Of a stretch of DNA of 64,000 bases, positions 49,812 to 63,425 are shown in pieces; the first letter of the stretch is position 1; every line of letters starts with the position of its first letter. The translations under genes and the position numbers were made by a program. This DNA comes from Pecten maximus (taxonomy: Eukaryota), in the NCBI RefSeq assembly GCF_902652985.1, contig NC_047028.1, positions 9,548,001 through 9,612,000 on the forward strand. Direction: 5' to 3'. The notes below the pieces were generated by a model, which did no database searches, was not told the DNA's origin, and saw only the letters and a program-made list of their open reading frames with translations.

Positions 49812-52599
49812 CGGAAACAAACGTCAATATCTCCTTAATTAGGAATATGAATGTGAAAAGAAAACCATGTGAGGTATTCTTAAATTCGTTTATTCACCTT
49901 GAAAGACGTTTCCATGAAAACATTAAACAATTCAAAGTTTAAATATGTTGAAATCCTGTTTAACTATTGCCGCATTGTAAAACATTGTCCTTTTTTCATT
50001 TATTTATTTATTTGTATTTGAAAATGAGGTAACAGTTGACATTTGAACAAACCCTACTAAATGATAATGGTCTTTAGAGAGAAACTTACTACGTTACTAT
50101 CATTTCATTGCATGTTTGCTCATCCCTCATCATCAATAAATACCACTAGTTGTGTTTGCCTGATCGCCGTTACCATTCGACTGTTTTTAACAGAATTTGA
50201 AACTTGCCTGGAGTTCTCTTCCCATTTTTTTGTGTAGATTATAATATGTTAGCAACATAATTTATGATGAATTATTGTAAATATCGGTAACTATTTAGGA
50301 ATAAATTGTCTATGTAGTAGTTAGCAAATCCTAGACATTAATGTTGTGTATGGAAGAATGAGTGTTAATTCAATATTTTTGTACGTTTATAGCTTCACAT
50401 GATGGGCAGGCAACAAGAACTACTTCTGTAAGCCGGCAAGAAAAGACATGACACCTCATCTTTATAAAGTCAGCACCAGGACCGACCAAACAGATTATAG
50501 AATCTTCAGGGTCAAGGTCAGCTGTGTAAAGACGGCAGTCTACAGGCAGGCATGAAGAGTACGCCAGTTGTCATTGGAGAAAGATAGCCTCGGATTGGAG
50601 GAACTCTGTATGACGTACCAGACACAGACAGGTATCTGGGTACATACACTTTGCTCAGAGCAAGGTTACTTTGAGGAGAATTGGAGTAAATTCTCAGGTT
50701 CTTGGAACCATACCTATTTAGCGACAGGTACAGAGATACTGTACACGCTGTATGTTCGGCATTGGACAACACTGAGACGTGGTGCTCCCCATTTGTGAAG
50801 AGACTTTAGTTATCTGTAGAACATTATCGCATGAAAGGTAGTGAGAGTGATCGTGAGTGTGAATACAACTAGGTATCTATTAAGTTTGTGTGTGTAAATA
50901 AATTTGTATATATGTATTTTCTCTTTGTTCTGGTTTTTTCTGCATCTATTTGCTGAATGCTTGACTGAGGCTCGTCCTGCGTTACAGCCTGTAAAAACCA
51001 GGCGACCTCTATGTATACATAGGTATCACTATGTCGGCGGCGGCGTCGTCGCTCAGAGGTTTCCGAACACTCAAACTTCACGCAGATCTTTCTAACCAAA
51101 AGTGCTCGCTTGGGATTGCTCTTCAGGTCTGAAGGTCACAGGTCAAGGTCAATGTTACTAAAAATAGAAAATTTGTTTCCTTGTCATAAGCGCAAGTTCC
51201 TTATTGCCCGTCAAACTCAGTTTTCATGCAGTTTTTCCTTACGAAAAGTGCTTGAATGCTTTTTTTACAAGTCCAAAAGTCAAGTTTACTGTTACTATAA
51301 ATAGAAAATCTGTTTCCATGCAATAACTCCAAGTTCTCTTGTGCCGATCAAGCTGAAACCTTCTTGAGGTGCTCATTTACCGAAAGTTCCTGCTCTGTAT
51401 TGTTGAATTTCGAGCGTAATTGAGTGATACTGGTCTTTCTTACTTTAACATATTTCTTAAGTGAAAAAGCAACAACATTTATTTCATCGTCATCACCCAA
51501 CTTACTGCGCAGGCGACATATCCGCTTCCATGGAATTCTTATTCATCGGATTTCTTAGAATCTTGATATGGTTTTTTAGTCGTAGTATACAGTTGTGTTT
51601 CATTGACGCGATTTATCTATTTCAATATTTGATTTTATCAGTCGATTTCTTTGAAACTTGGTAGGCTATATCACCATTATATCGATAGATATTTGTTTCC
51701 GCTCGACATTTTGATTCGACTGTATTTGCCAAGGTCTTTTGTTTAAGATTAGGATCTTCCCGGATATCTCCCGCTGCATATTTTAACTAATTTCATTGAA
51801 ACTCAGTTTTCTTTATAATTATGATATATACACGTAGCTGTGTTTTCCTCCCGAGAAGCATTTTGAAAAGACTTTTATAAAAAAAAAATCACTGCCTTTC
51901 ATTTGTTTCAGTATTTGAATCTTGTCCGGAGACCTCCTTCCGTAATTTCGATCGATCTCTTTGAAATTGGAGGCTTTATAAAGTAGTGTTTTCTTCAGTC
52001 AAATTCTGATTTGATACGTTTTTAAAATGTGCGGATTAATATCGGTAATATTTATTGTCGTTATTTCTGTATTTCTATTTTGTCTTAAACCTTTAGATTT
52101 ATACTGATGTCCTCGTAATTTAGACTGACCAGGACTCGTTACATTCATCCCATAAATCTGTGGTATTAGGTATTTTATTTGAACCTATTTAATGCGTTTT
52201 GATACAAGAATCCGTGTTACCTAGGCGTCCAATGCGGTATATTGTCACGCCCCGTGGTAATCTTGTTTATCCTTGGGATGTACCGGGGTGTTCCAGGGTC
52301 TTGGTGGCTATTACAATACCCTAATGGACAATATCGCGATCGTGTACATTTATGTAAGGAATGACTACCGTACTTGCCCCATTCTATATTTCCCCCACCC
52401 CCCTACAGTGACCTTCGCGTGTTCTTTCCTTTGCTTTCATTGGATCCTGGATCACCCTCTTGGGTGTCTAATCAGGATATCCACGTCTTCATTGTACAAG
52501 AACGGGATCTACTCCAGAATTCGGTCCTTGTATCCGATAATGTTCGTACTTCGCCCAATTTCTGGTGTAAGGGATGGTGAGACTGAAAGGTGTGGTATT

Positions 52600-52860
52600 G
52601 GTCAATGTCTATGATAGTATCGTCAGCTTTCTTTACAAAAAGTAAGTCAAGGAAGGACAAAGTGTCATTTATGTTTTCATCATACGTGAACTCGTGCATG
52701 CCGATGGTGGTATCTACGCTGTTGACAGACTTAGTAAAACCCTTCTGAGATTCGTTCCTGGTTCCCTGTAATATGTCGTCAACATTAGCGTTTCCGCAAA
52801 CGAAGCTTTCGCTTTAAGGGCAGTGGTTATGGCTGAAATCTTTCTCGAAAGGTTCCATAA
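52600..52860 (-). pseudogene. Decayed Penelope-like reverse transcriptase fragment
   Basis: MEPFEK...VDDI...FTYDENINDTLSFLDLL resembles the PLE RT YVDD and FT.E.E....L.FLD motifs; frames are disrupted. Confidence 0.55.
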
Positions 52861-53619
52861 GGTTCTTTTTTTTTATTATTGAAAAAATATACATGTACAA
52901 TGTATATAAGATATCAGATTTATCACAAAAAGCATTTGAGTCTGAGCACAAAATGTGTATTTGAGCACGAGTACGGTTTCATGAATATTATACGAGACTC
53001 TGTCGGAGATGTTGTAACCATGAGATACGTGATAGGCCGCAGTAGGTTTACACTGTTTGTCATGTTTTGGTTTACAATACGATGTGTCATACGCCTCACT
53101 CATTATTTTTCATATAGGCAGTTACAGAAACGTCATACAACATCCAAACTTGGTTTTGATATACCGAAACTCTATCATTCATCTACCATTCATCTGAATT
53201 TACACTGTAGTTACTGATTTACCGCCTACCAACCAGAAGAAAATGTTTTATAATGTAAACTTTATTTATTTTACGATAATTACAAAACAAGTTATAACAA
53301 CTTATGTTAACCACGCTCGTTTCATAATCAACCGTTTTATCTGAATGTCCGAACTCTGTAGAAATGTCATGACCACACTAAATAACCCCACACTTAGTAG
53401 TAAACCCGACAAATAAATCGTTTGAAGAACACGTCTACATAAACCAGGTTTCTACCATGTTCGAACCACACATTGGATTTGTGTCTACTGTATTCTTGAA
53501 ATTGCGAGATGGTTTGAATCAAAAACTGTTGTTCGCAAGCTCTCAAAGGTTACCTCCGTGAAGTTGATTACTTATTCCTTATTCCATTACTTATTCGATT
53601 CCATTGCTTCAAAGCTTTA

Positions 53620-53765
53620 GGTTTATTTGGTTTAACGTCCTATTAACAGCCAGGGTCATTCAAGGACGTATCTGGTTTTGGAGAGGGAGGAAAGCCGGAG
53701 TATCCGGAGAAATACAACCAGCCTACGGTCAAAACCAGGTACCTGCGTGGGTTTCGAACTCGCAA
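53620..53765 (-). mobile_element. Truncated V-type SINE copy
   Basis: Tail, V-like core and B box match 32941-33166; the 5' A-box part is absent. Confidence 0.8.
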
Positions 53766-54423
53766 AGACAGATCCTTGAGCATGTCCATGTGGATAGTCA
53801 CCAAACTCCGTGTATTTATATATCATGACGACAGGTGTCAAAATTAACATCGCATATCACTTACACATATATAGATACTCCCTCATTTCCCACACATGTA
53901 GTTAGGCCAAGCCCTTTTTGTGGAGTAGGACGAGTATTACTAGAAGACTAGACCCGCAATCGAGTGGATAAATTGTGAGCATATCAAATTAGGTTTACAA
54001 GCAGATTGGGTTAAATCTATTATATATAAAACAAAACAAGTCTGTATTGATCAATCCTGAATTTTTACCGTGCAACCAAGTGTAACATATGTTGTGGTGG
54101 CACACTTGACAATTGTCTGCAGAAAAGAAAAGAAATCTAATATTAACATGGCTTGTTTGGCCCAAGGTTACCCTACTTAAAACATTTCCAATTTTTTTTT
54201 AAAGAAAAAAAAACTAGCTAACCAAGCCTCCAACTTTACAATACCAGTTGATGGTACGGACGCTGACCTGCTTACAAAACTACACAATGATATACTGACA
54301 GAATTGTATCACAGGAGTTCAACCAAGCCTGTATTTTAACTTCACACTACCATTATTTTCATTTCCGAGTTTTCTCTGGGTACTCCGGTTTCCTCCTACA
54401 TCAAGACCCCTTGTGCGCTTCAA

Positions 54424-55385
54424 AAATATCAAGGATGATGGGGCACCAGGGTAGATTTGTACAAAATATCAAGTATGACGGGACAAACAGGATAAAGTAC
54501 AAAATATCAAGGATGTTGGGACATAAAGGGTAGATTTGTACAAAATATCAAGGATGATGGGACATAAAGGGTACATTTGTACAAATATCAAGGATGATGG
54601 GACATACAGGGTCGATTTGTACAAAATATCAAGTATGACGGGACATAAAGGGTACATTTGTACAAAATATCAAGGATGTTGGGACATTAAGGGTAGATTT
54701 GTACAAGATATCAAGTATGATGGGACATACAGGGTAGATTTGTACAAAATATCAAGGATGACGGGAGGTACAAGATTGATTTGTACAAAATATCAAGATG
54801 ATGGGACATACAGGGTAGATTTGTACAAAATATCAATGATTACGGGACATACAGGGTAGATTTGTACAAAATATCAGGAATGATGGGACACACAGGGTAG
54901 ATTTGTACAAAATATCAAGGATGGCGGGACATACAGGGTCGATTTGTACAAAATATCAGGAATGATGGGACACACAGGGTAGATTTGTACAAAATATCAA
55001 GGATGGCGGGACATACAGGGTCGATTTGTACAAAATATCAAGGATGATGGGACATACACTGTAGATTTGTACAAAATATCAAGTATGATGGGACATACAC
55101 TGTAAACTTGTACAAAATATCAAGGATGATGGGACATACTGGGTAGATTTGTACAAAATATCAAGATGATGGGACATACACTGTAAATTTGTACAAAATA
55201 TCAAGGATGATGGGACATACTGGGTAGATTTGTACAAAATATCAATGATTACGGGACATACAGGGTAGATTTGTACAAAATATCAAGGATGATTGGACAT
55301 ACGGGGTAGATTTGTACAAAATACCAACGATGATGCGACGTACTGGGCAGATCTGTACAAAAATATCAACGATGATGGAATGTAC
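54424..55385. repeat. 41-bp minisatellite
   Basis: Unit ttgtacaaaatatcaaggatgatgggacatacagggtagat. Confidence 0.95.
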
Positions 55386-58300
55386 AAGGCCGATTAGTTC
55401 ATGTACATAATATCTATACATGTATACAATGTCATAATCGTTCTTGGACTATTCACGGAGCTAAACACCTATGTCTACATTTACTACCATTCTTTATATC
55501 ATTGAATCAAGGACGCCAACAAAAGAATGAAGCTTTTTAACACATGTATATATTTATTAATAAACATCAGAACATAATGAATTACACAAAGTGAATGTTT
55601 TTCTTCCTCATAAATAAACAACCAAAATTTGAAACGAAAACTGCAATAAGCAAAAATAGGGGAAGGTTTTGATCATTTCAATGCCTGAAAACACATTTTT
55701 CATACAAAAACGAAAAAGGCAGAAAATTCTCCAAATGTTTCGGTTTTTAGTGGATTACTCTTCATATTTATAACATTGTTTAAAGTCAAAATTAGACCAT
55801 TGTTGTTAAGTTATAATCTACACTGTATGTAAATGAAATGATTTGCATGTCTTTAAGTATAGCATAACTCTCGAAATAAAAATGAATACTGATTACTAAC
55901 CAATTAATGTTAAGCAGCAAGAGATAAAGAAATGAAATAAATATAAAGACGACACCTCCATCCTTCAAAAAAAAAACTGATGATTATCATGCATTTTGTA
56001 CAAAATCAACAAAACGTCACTCATACCAATATCATGTTCATTAACAATTCAAACTGAAATGGATCTGTTTATAAATATTGTTACATATCAAAAAAATTCA
56101 TTGAAGGTGTTTTGATATTTGTAGCTACCAAGTAAGTGTGCTGTAACTACATTTATGTATATAAAATGAATTTTAGTGAAATTCTTGATCAAATACTATC
56201 AAGCCAAAAATTCAAATGCCCACAATAATGGATTCTTTTTTGAAAACTGCAAAATTTGAGCCTATAAAAACTTAAAATTAATTATTTAAATGGAATGTAA
56301 CATTTTGATATTCAACAGATATAAAAAGACTTAAATTATTTTCACAATTATCAAAGTTTATATGTGGCAGAACAGAATAAGAACACCATAGGATTTTATT
56401 ATTTCAATTCCTGTTATCAGTTATAAATCAACAAAATCACTTGACAAAAAAGTTGTGAAGTGACGTACACAGATTGAGTTGATTTTCAGCCAAACTGTCG
56501 GTACACTAATTAGGAGTAACTGCGAGTACGCAAGAAGTATCCCTGAAGAACAAATTAAGCTCAATTCAAAGTGCAAGTACAGAATATTACATATCTATTG
56601 TTAATATTAAGTCCACATTATCAAATACTTCTTCATAATTCATTTATTAATTGTTTGTATGATCATAGTGGCATTGCTTTTGTTTGAGATTTTAAATGTG
56701 GAATTCAGACTGCCTGATTGTACAAGTCTTTTGTGTCATAGGTATATTTCTACGATTCTTATTCTTACAGAAATCTGCAATTTCATTTAAAAGGAAAAAG
56801 TACCAGTATAAAAAAAAATCTTTCTGATTAATACACTGGATGAGGGTATGGTAACAAAAAATATCTGAATGAAAAACCTGATTATAGGACAATATAATAC
56901 ATTATAATACAGCTCTATCAACTATCCTATCACAGACTCCATATCAAGTCATGCCTTTTAAACTTCACTTACAATATTATATAGCAAGGTTTTAATATTC
57001 TTTTTTTTTTCAAATCTGGTGTTGATATCCTTTAGAGGAACCATGTTGACCTGGCCTCCCATACAACACCTTCCCTGAACAAGAATGTTTCCAATTAAAT
57101 CTCATAAGAACAATTAATAGCTTGACTGCAGCAGGTTATGCTGTAATCAATGAATATTTTAGAAGTTACAGTCTCCTGAATGGTCGAGTTATTAGGATTA
57201 GGAGTCCCCGGATATGGAACTCACAAGTAAAATGCTCACAGGTTTGGTGTCAAAAAATGAAAATCTCAAGACAGTACAATATCATATGTGAGCTTTATTT
57301 TAAATGTTCATGTTAAAGAGAAAATGAAAGGATTTAAAAAGAACACAAAATATCCCCATTCTTCCATTAAATATAATTATCACTCATTTCAACATCCACT
57401 ATACGTTACCTATACATATATTAATATACATACAGAAAAGTCTCTAATTAATGATAATCAGCTACCGGTATATAATTGCATAATTTGTTCTTTTTTTCCT
57501 CCACAAAATTTGTAACTATTTATAAACTTAAATGATATCTCCGATTTTATCTTATAATAGTCACTAATTGAGCTTTCCTGGCTGTATATCACATCACATG
57601 GGAAAGTCTTTATTACATTTCTTAGTTTTAATAAATATCTGGTTTGTTTGAGTTGGAAATTTAATATTTCTCTTAACTGCCTTGCTGAGTCACAATTGTT
57701 TTCCAAAATATTTGCAAGCGTGATTTTGCTGGATGAGATGCAATCACAATTTTATTATGTATTCATATTTATAAGGGACCAGGAAAGGCTTGTAAAAGGA
57801 GCATTATTCTAGAGAATGAGCAAAATCATTCTTGGAAATTAAGAATGGGGAGAGAGAAAGAAATGAAATTTTCAGAACAAACTTCCATTTCAGGGGAGTT
57901 AATCAGTTTTAAGCCTTGTATTATTTCCATTTCAACTAACTACAAAATATATCTTGAATAAAGAAAACAGCAACACATTTTAACCATGTGTAAGATACCA
58001 ACCACAAACTTTTAATATTTTTTTTTTCAATTTTTGATGGTACATGTATATTTTTACCCAGTCCAAATAATCCATGTTTTTTCTGTGTAAACTATATTTT
58101 CCTTTGACACATTACCAAGCTGAGAGACAAAGATTACACGACACAATATATACCGAGTCATTCACATGATTCTTACCCTAGCATTCACAAAATTTTACAA
58201 CACAATCACGGATTACCTCACATATGACTCCCCTTTATCAATTATCCTCAACTCTTACCATATCTAGTGTTACTCCAACTCGCACCTACATTAAACTTAG

Positions 58301-58932
58301 CAATGTAATAACTATTATATTCAACATGAGAGTTGATCAATTCCAGCTTAAACATTGTGTAAAAAAAAAAATGAACACAATCGTATTAAAACAAAACATT
58401 GTTTCAAATCAACTATTGAGTAGTTTTCTGATTCTGTTTTTAATTTTCTCCTAATTAGTGCTATTTGTCCCCTGATGTTTTTTTTATCAAATACTTAAAA
58501 CTGTAGAAAACAAAAACAAAACCTTTGAAAATAAACTGAATATACACAAGAAGGTACGTAAATGAATATTTTCATATAAACAAATATCCAGATTTTTTTT
58601 TTTCTTTTTTTTTTTTTTACTTTTTATACCCCAGATAATTCCGATATAACTACAAAAGGTATCTTAAAGAAAATTTAATGGATGAATCTTATGGAAATTT
58701 TCTGGGTATCTGGATAAGGGCATGTGTTACTTCTTCAATAGTTCTCAATAATCAAGGACAATTTACAAAATTTTGCACATGATTTCATAAAATTGCACAT
58801 ACGGTACATGTGTTTTGTGTCCATGAAGAAATGACAAACCCAGCATTATAAATATTTTCTGACCACGGAACAGAAGTACAAGAACAGACACAGATCTTGT
58901 CTGTGATTGGCTGACAGTGAATGCAACACTTC

Positions 58933-59003
58933 CTCTGATAGGCTCCTCAGGTTCTTTGTAGACAGCATGGCTATTTTCAACAAAGACCGTCATTCTTCAG
59001 AAT
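58933..59003 (-). promoter_or_regulatory. SECIS element (form 2-like) of selenoprotein T
   Basis: AUGA-CGGUCUUUGUUG-AAAA-UAGC-cau-GCUG-UCUACAAAGAACC-UGAG: GA quartet, helix II, apical AAA and mini-stem. Confidence 0.88.
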
Positions 59004-59189
59004 TTCATGATAGGATTCAATGTCTTGTAATCAATGCCAACATCTGTGACTGAAATTCCTGCAAATAAAATTAAATTTACAAAGATCTAATTTTATACAG
59101 ATTGTATTTACCTCTCAATATTAACGTTTTATAATTTCGATCACTATGAATCAAAATTCTATTAATTTGGAATAAAATTACATATCAGT

Positions 59190-59680
59190 TTAGTGGACAG
59201 GACCACTGAACCAATCTATAAATACCTGTACTATTGTTGAGCCAGTACTATAGTGGACATGGCTACTGAACCAATCTATAAATACCTCTACTACTGTTGA
59301 GCCAGTATTATAGTGGACATGACTACTGAACCAATCTATAAATACCTCTACTACTGCTGAGCCAGTATTATAGTGGACATGACTTCTGAACCAATCTATA
59401 AATAACTCTACTACTGCTGAGCCAGTATTATAGTGGACATGACCACTGAACCAATCTATAAATAACTCTACTACTGCTGAGCCAGTACTATGGTGGACAT
59501 GACCACTGAACCAATCTATAAATATCTCTACTACTGCTGAGCCAGTACTATAGTGGACATGATCACTGAACCAATCTATAAATATCTGTACTACTGCTGA
59601 GCCAGTATTATGGCGGACATGATCACTGAACCAATCTATACATACCTGTACTTCTGCTGAGCTGGTACTGTGGTGAACAC
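59190..59680. repeat. 60-bp minisatellite overlapping the SelT exon-4 end and donor
   Basis: Unit aatacctctactactgctgagccagtattatagtggacatgactactgaaccaatctata, ~8 copies. Confidence 0.93.
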
Positions 59681-59681
59681 A

Positions 59682-62600
59682 CTACATATTCTGAACAGGC
59701 TGATTAGGGTTCAAATTCATTTGGTTTTCAATGATCTGGAACATTTCTCCGGGGGCAGGGATTCTTCCTGTTTGTAGCTTAGACCAAATGGGGACATCTG
59801 TGGCAATGTAAACAAACGTTGGTCTTCAAATTGTGTAATGACATATACATGTTGCAGGGAAGGAAAAAATCCAGGTCTGATGGCCAGGAGTCAGTAGATT
59901 TGGTGGGCAAGTAAATATTGGTAACTACTTAACAAATTGAAAATGCAAATTCTCTTAAACTTTTACCTTTTACTAAGAGTCTTTTAAGATACTATGAATT
60001 CAGTTTAATCGAACTACTACGGATAGTAATTTTAAACCTTAACTATCCTGAACTTAAGGACCACTGATGCTGAAATTTTTCTTCCTGTCCTGTATTGGGT
60101 ATACATTATGTATTTTAAATTGGTCAATAAATAGCAAAAAATAACAATGGCATATTAATTCTGTGTAAAACATTTAAATATTACCAGCAGTACAAGGTAT
60201 CTTTTTTTTACATAATGCCTAGAAATTACCTTATTAGGAATATAACATCCAAGCATTATATTAAAGTGTTTGACTATTATTTATATCATATTTCATTATA
60301 AATCATTTGTTTGTTTGGTTTTGTATTGTTAAACATTCTACCAATAGCTATAGTCATTTAAGGACAGGCTCCCATATGTACATATGCTTGATGCGTGCAG
60401 TATGTATGTGTTTGTCTCCATTTACCTGTTAAAAAATTTCACACAAACCCCATTTTTTTCAGCCAGAACTGAAATATGACACAATATCAAACCATTTATC
60501 ACCAGGCAGGTGTTTTTCAATTTAACTGCTCTAGACTCACCATTAAATGAAACTTCAAAGGCGCCTGTAGAAATCATCTGTCCCTCTACTGCATTGCTGA
60601 TAAAGAATATCATTAAACAGGCATAGATCTAAAAACAAAAAAAAACAACATCTTGTTATACTGTACCTTGGCTAAGTACTGCAGCAGACATTCATATTAA
60701 ATCATTACAGAGTTTTTAATGACCTTGTAGAAGGAAAAATAGGTTTTACTTTATTAGTGAAATTTGATTGAGGAAGAATAAGTCAGCATGTCCCCAGGGC
60801 TTTTTCTCAAGGGACTGGGAAAGGGCCTTTTTGTCTTATTTTGGGAAGAAAATTGGTGAATTGGGAAAGATATTTTTAGGAGTAAACTGTAAATTTTGGG
60901 AATTTGGCTTAAATATGAAATAATTTCAATTGGGAATGGGGTCCATTAACGGCCCCAAAAAGCCCCCAGAAAAAGCCCTGGTCCCCCGGACATATTACAA
61001 TCATTTGCTGCTGTACAGTACGTATATCTGACATCATTTTAGGATGCAGATCAAGATTTGCTTTTCATTTGTCTTGCAGTAAAGAATATGAGTAGAAAAT
61101 GTCAAATATCAAACACATTTACATATTCCACATGCACCGACTCATATGACAGAACATACTGATATTCCTTCAATCTTAAGACATAATGATAATATACTGA
61201 TATTCCTTCAATCTTAAGACATAATGATAATATAAGTGTTTAAATGAATATCATTAAATATCCTCTACATATAAATATTAAACACAACAGCATGTTTTCT
61301 CCATTCATATTACCACACTGTTTATCATTAGTTTACTTGCCTTGTTGGAGAGGGCCCAGGTGAATATGCTAGGTGTCTCCATGTTGAGATGAGGGAAGGG
61401 ATTTTGTCCTGATACAATCATGGCAATTATAAATAGCTTGGCAATACTTAGAAACTGTGCAATTGCGGCTTTACCGGAAGGCGGCGGGTAATTGTCGCCC
61501 TCAACGATTAAAGACGGAAAACGCTCCTGAAGAGCATGGAAGTACTGGTCATAGACCTTCCTGTACCCTCAGGAGTAGCTGCAACACAAACAATACACTT
61601 CTTCACATATATGGAATGTTTTGGCATGTCATAAATACTGTGAGACACGTTAAAACACCATTGTGACATCAAAAATAGATGACATTGTGATATCACATTT
61701 GTTTAATGATGGAAAACTTACTGTTTACAACTTCTCTACCCAGTTCCTTTATTTCATTAGCCCAGACAGTGAGACTGTTAATGTTTTATCATATAATTAC
61801 CATTCTTTACATTGCACCTATATGCACGTGTTTCACTTACTAGAAGATATATCATTAATACAAATACATTAAGGGGTATTGCCGAGTGCATGGCCAACAA
61901 CATTGCCCAGTGAAAATGACAGTTATATGAATACATAATTGATGAAATGTAGCCATTTTATAACAAACAACATATCTGCCTTAGTAAATAATAAGTATCA
62001 TTAACAACAAAAATACGTATTTATATCATTTTTGAATTTTAGGAGATATTCCATTGAAACTCAGCTACAAACTCCTAAATGAAGCACCAAAAAAATAATA
62101 TAGTATATATGTAGGTGAGGAAATATCTTTATTCTTGAATTGTTTTTACTTAGGTTACTATAGACAAGTAATCCTCAATCTTGACTTTAATAGTCCTTCC
62201 TTGAAAATGGCAAAAATAGAATTGGTTGCAATTGGGCGGAAACACCTCATTAAGTTTTTCAGGACTGAACAGATCAAGATCTGAATAAGATAATTAAAAA
62301 TTGAGCTTTGCTTTACAGAAGTTTGAAGCTCTATTCATAAGAATATATGATAATCAATATAAAGTACCCTGTGTAAGATAATTCTTTTGTTTTTATATGG
62401 ATTTTATTATTCTTATTTATAAAACTTCTGTGCTTTGATTTTGAAAGTTTTATTAATATCATGACGACTCCAATTCTGGAAAAGCATTTTTGTCAATCTA
62501 CATAGGAGCCGGGGAATTTTACAAGTATGCAAAGACCTGAGGTCTCTTACAATACAACAAATATAAGTACCGAAACGTCCTGGTAAGAGTCTTCTTTGGG

Positions 62601-63064
62601 TACCGAAACGACCTAGGCCTACCGGGTACCGACCTACCGTGTACGTACCGACCTATATATATCTACCCAACGTTAACTAACACGTCATCTTTCCGTAGTT
62701 CAATGACGAAAACATGAACGTGGCAGATAACAACATATTGTACCTAGATTTATGTTATGATATCGTTTCGGTAACATCACTTAGTATGATTAACACTATC
62801 ACCATGTTTTATGGAAATTATATCGAACATTATGCCGACTCATGTCCAATCTACGTTTTATGAATCACATGACAATAAATGCCCATCACTCGTTCCTTAC
62901 CAAAACAAGAATTTTATCGTTGGTGCTGCCATTTTCGCAAATTTAGGAGCTTTAATGTCCTTGTGTACATCGTGTGACGTTTCAGTGTGTGTAAGATCTC
63001 TCCAGGTTAGAAAAATTAGCGCAGCAAAAACGGCGACCATCGAAAAGTGGCCCATTTCGGCCAT
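59682..63064 (-). CDS. SELENOT: Selenoprotein T, 201 aa; coding exons 63064-62901, 61578-61341, 60628-60541, 59797-59682; Sec UGA at 61571-61569
   Basis: The spliced frame gives a signal peptide, KFLFC-Y-S-U-GYRKVY, EGDNYPPP, NKIYACLMIFFISNAVEGQMISTGAFEVSFNDVPIWSKLQTGRIP. All exon phases are compatible and a SECIS lies downstream. Confidence 0.95.
60795..60980. mobile_element. Short MITE (TIR CAGGGCTTTTTCT), copy 2, in SelT intron 2
   Basis: TIRs plus an exact 5-bp TSD gtccc. Confidence 0.82.
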
Positions 63065-63304
63065 TACCTGCGGGTTATATTAATTTAGAAACTGAATATT
63101 GTAATTTTTTTCCGAAACGAAATAAACATTTATAGAGATATGATGAAGGATTGATTCGATAGTGTAAAGTAATTATTTTGTCCAATTTAAAAAAATTTCA
63201 TTTAACGTTATTAATGATAAGAAATGTTATTTCGCGAAAAATAAATATTCTGTAGTTTTCACTTGAAATTCCGTAATTTTAAGCTACTCTCAAAGTAAAA
63301 CAAA
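63065..63304. promoter_or_regulatory. Bidirectional promoter region between SELENOT and TAF9
   Basis: Divergent ATGs 240 bp apart; palindrome TTTCGCGAAA at 63230-63239; YY1-like CAAAATGGC over the TAF9 start. Confidence 0.7.
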
Positions 63305-63425
63305 ATGGCAGCACCTGCGAGGAGTACGCCGCGCGATGCCCAAGTTATGGCAGCTATACTGAAAGATATGGGGGTTTTAGAATACGAGCCACGGCTTATA
63401 AATGCTATGTTGGAGTTTGTCTACA
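63305..63425 (+). CDS. TAF9: TFIID subunit 9, exon 1 (gene continues beyond the window)
   Basis: [40 protein letters not shown] is the TAF9 histone-fold start; donor A|gtgagt. Confidence 0.92.

Noticed and set aside
50480-50800. GC-richer, coding-looking patch with 76-84 aa ORFs
   Set aside because: No recognisable motif or consistent splice structure; possibly a TE relic, but unsupported without a search.
51020-52000. Helentron/HINE-like non-autonomous repeat fragments (also near 9570 and 36065)
   Set aside because: Only short resemblance (ggtcaaggtca, cgtcgtc, ctcacctg); boundaries cannot be defined from this window.
61569-61571. Premature stop implying a pseudogene
   Set aside because: The UGA sits at the conserved CxxU position and a SECIS is present.
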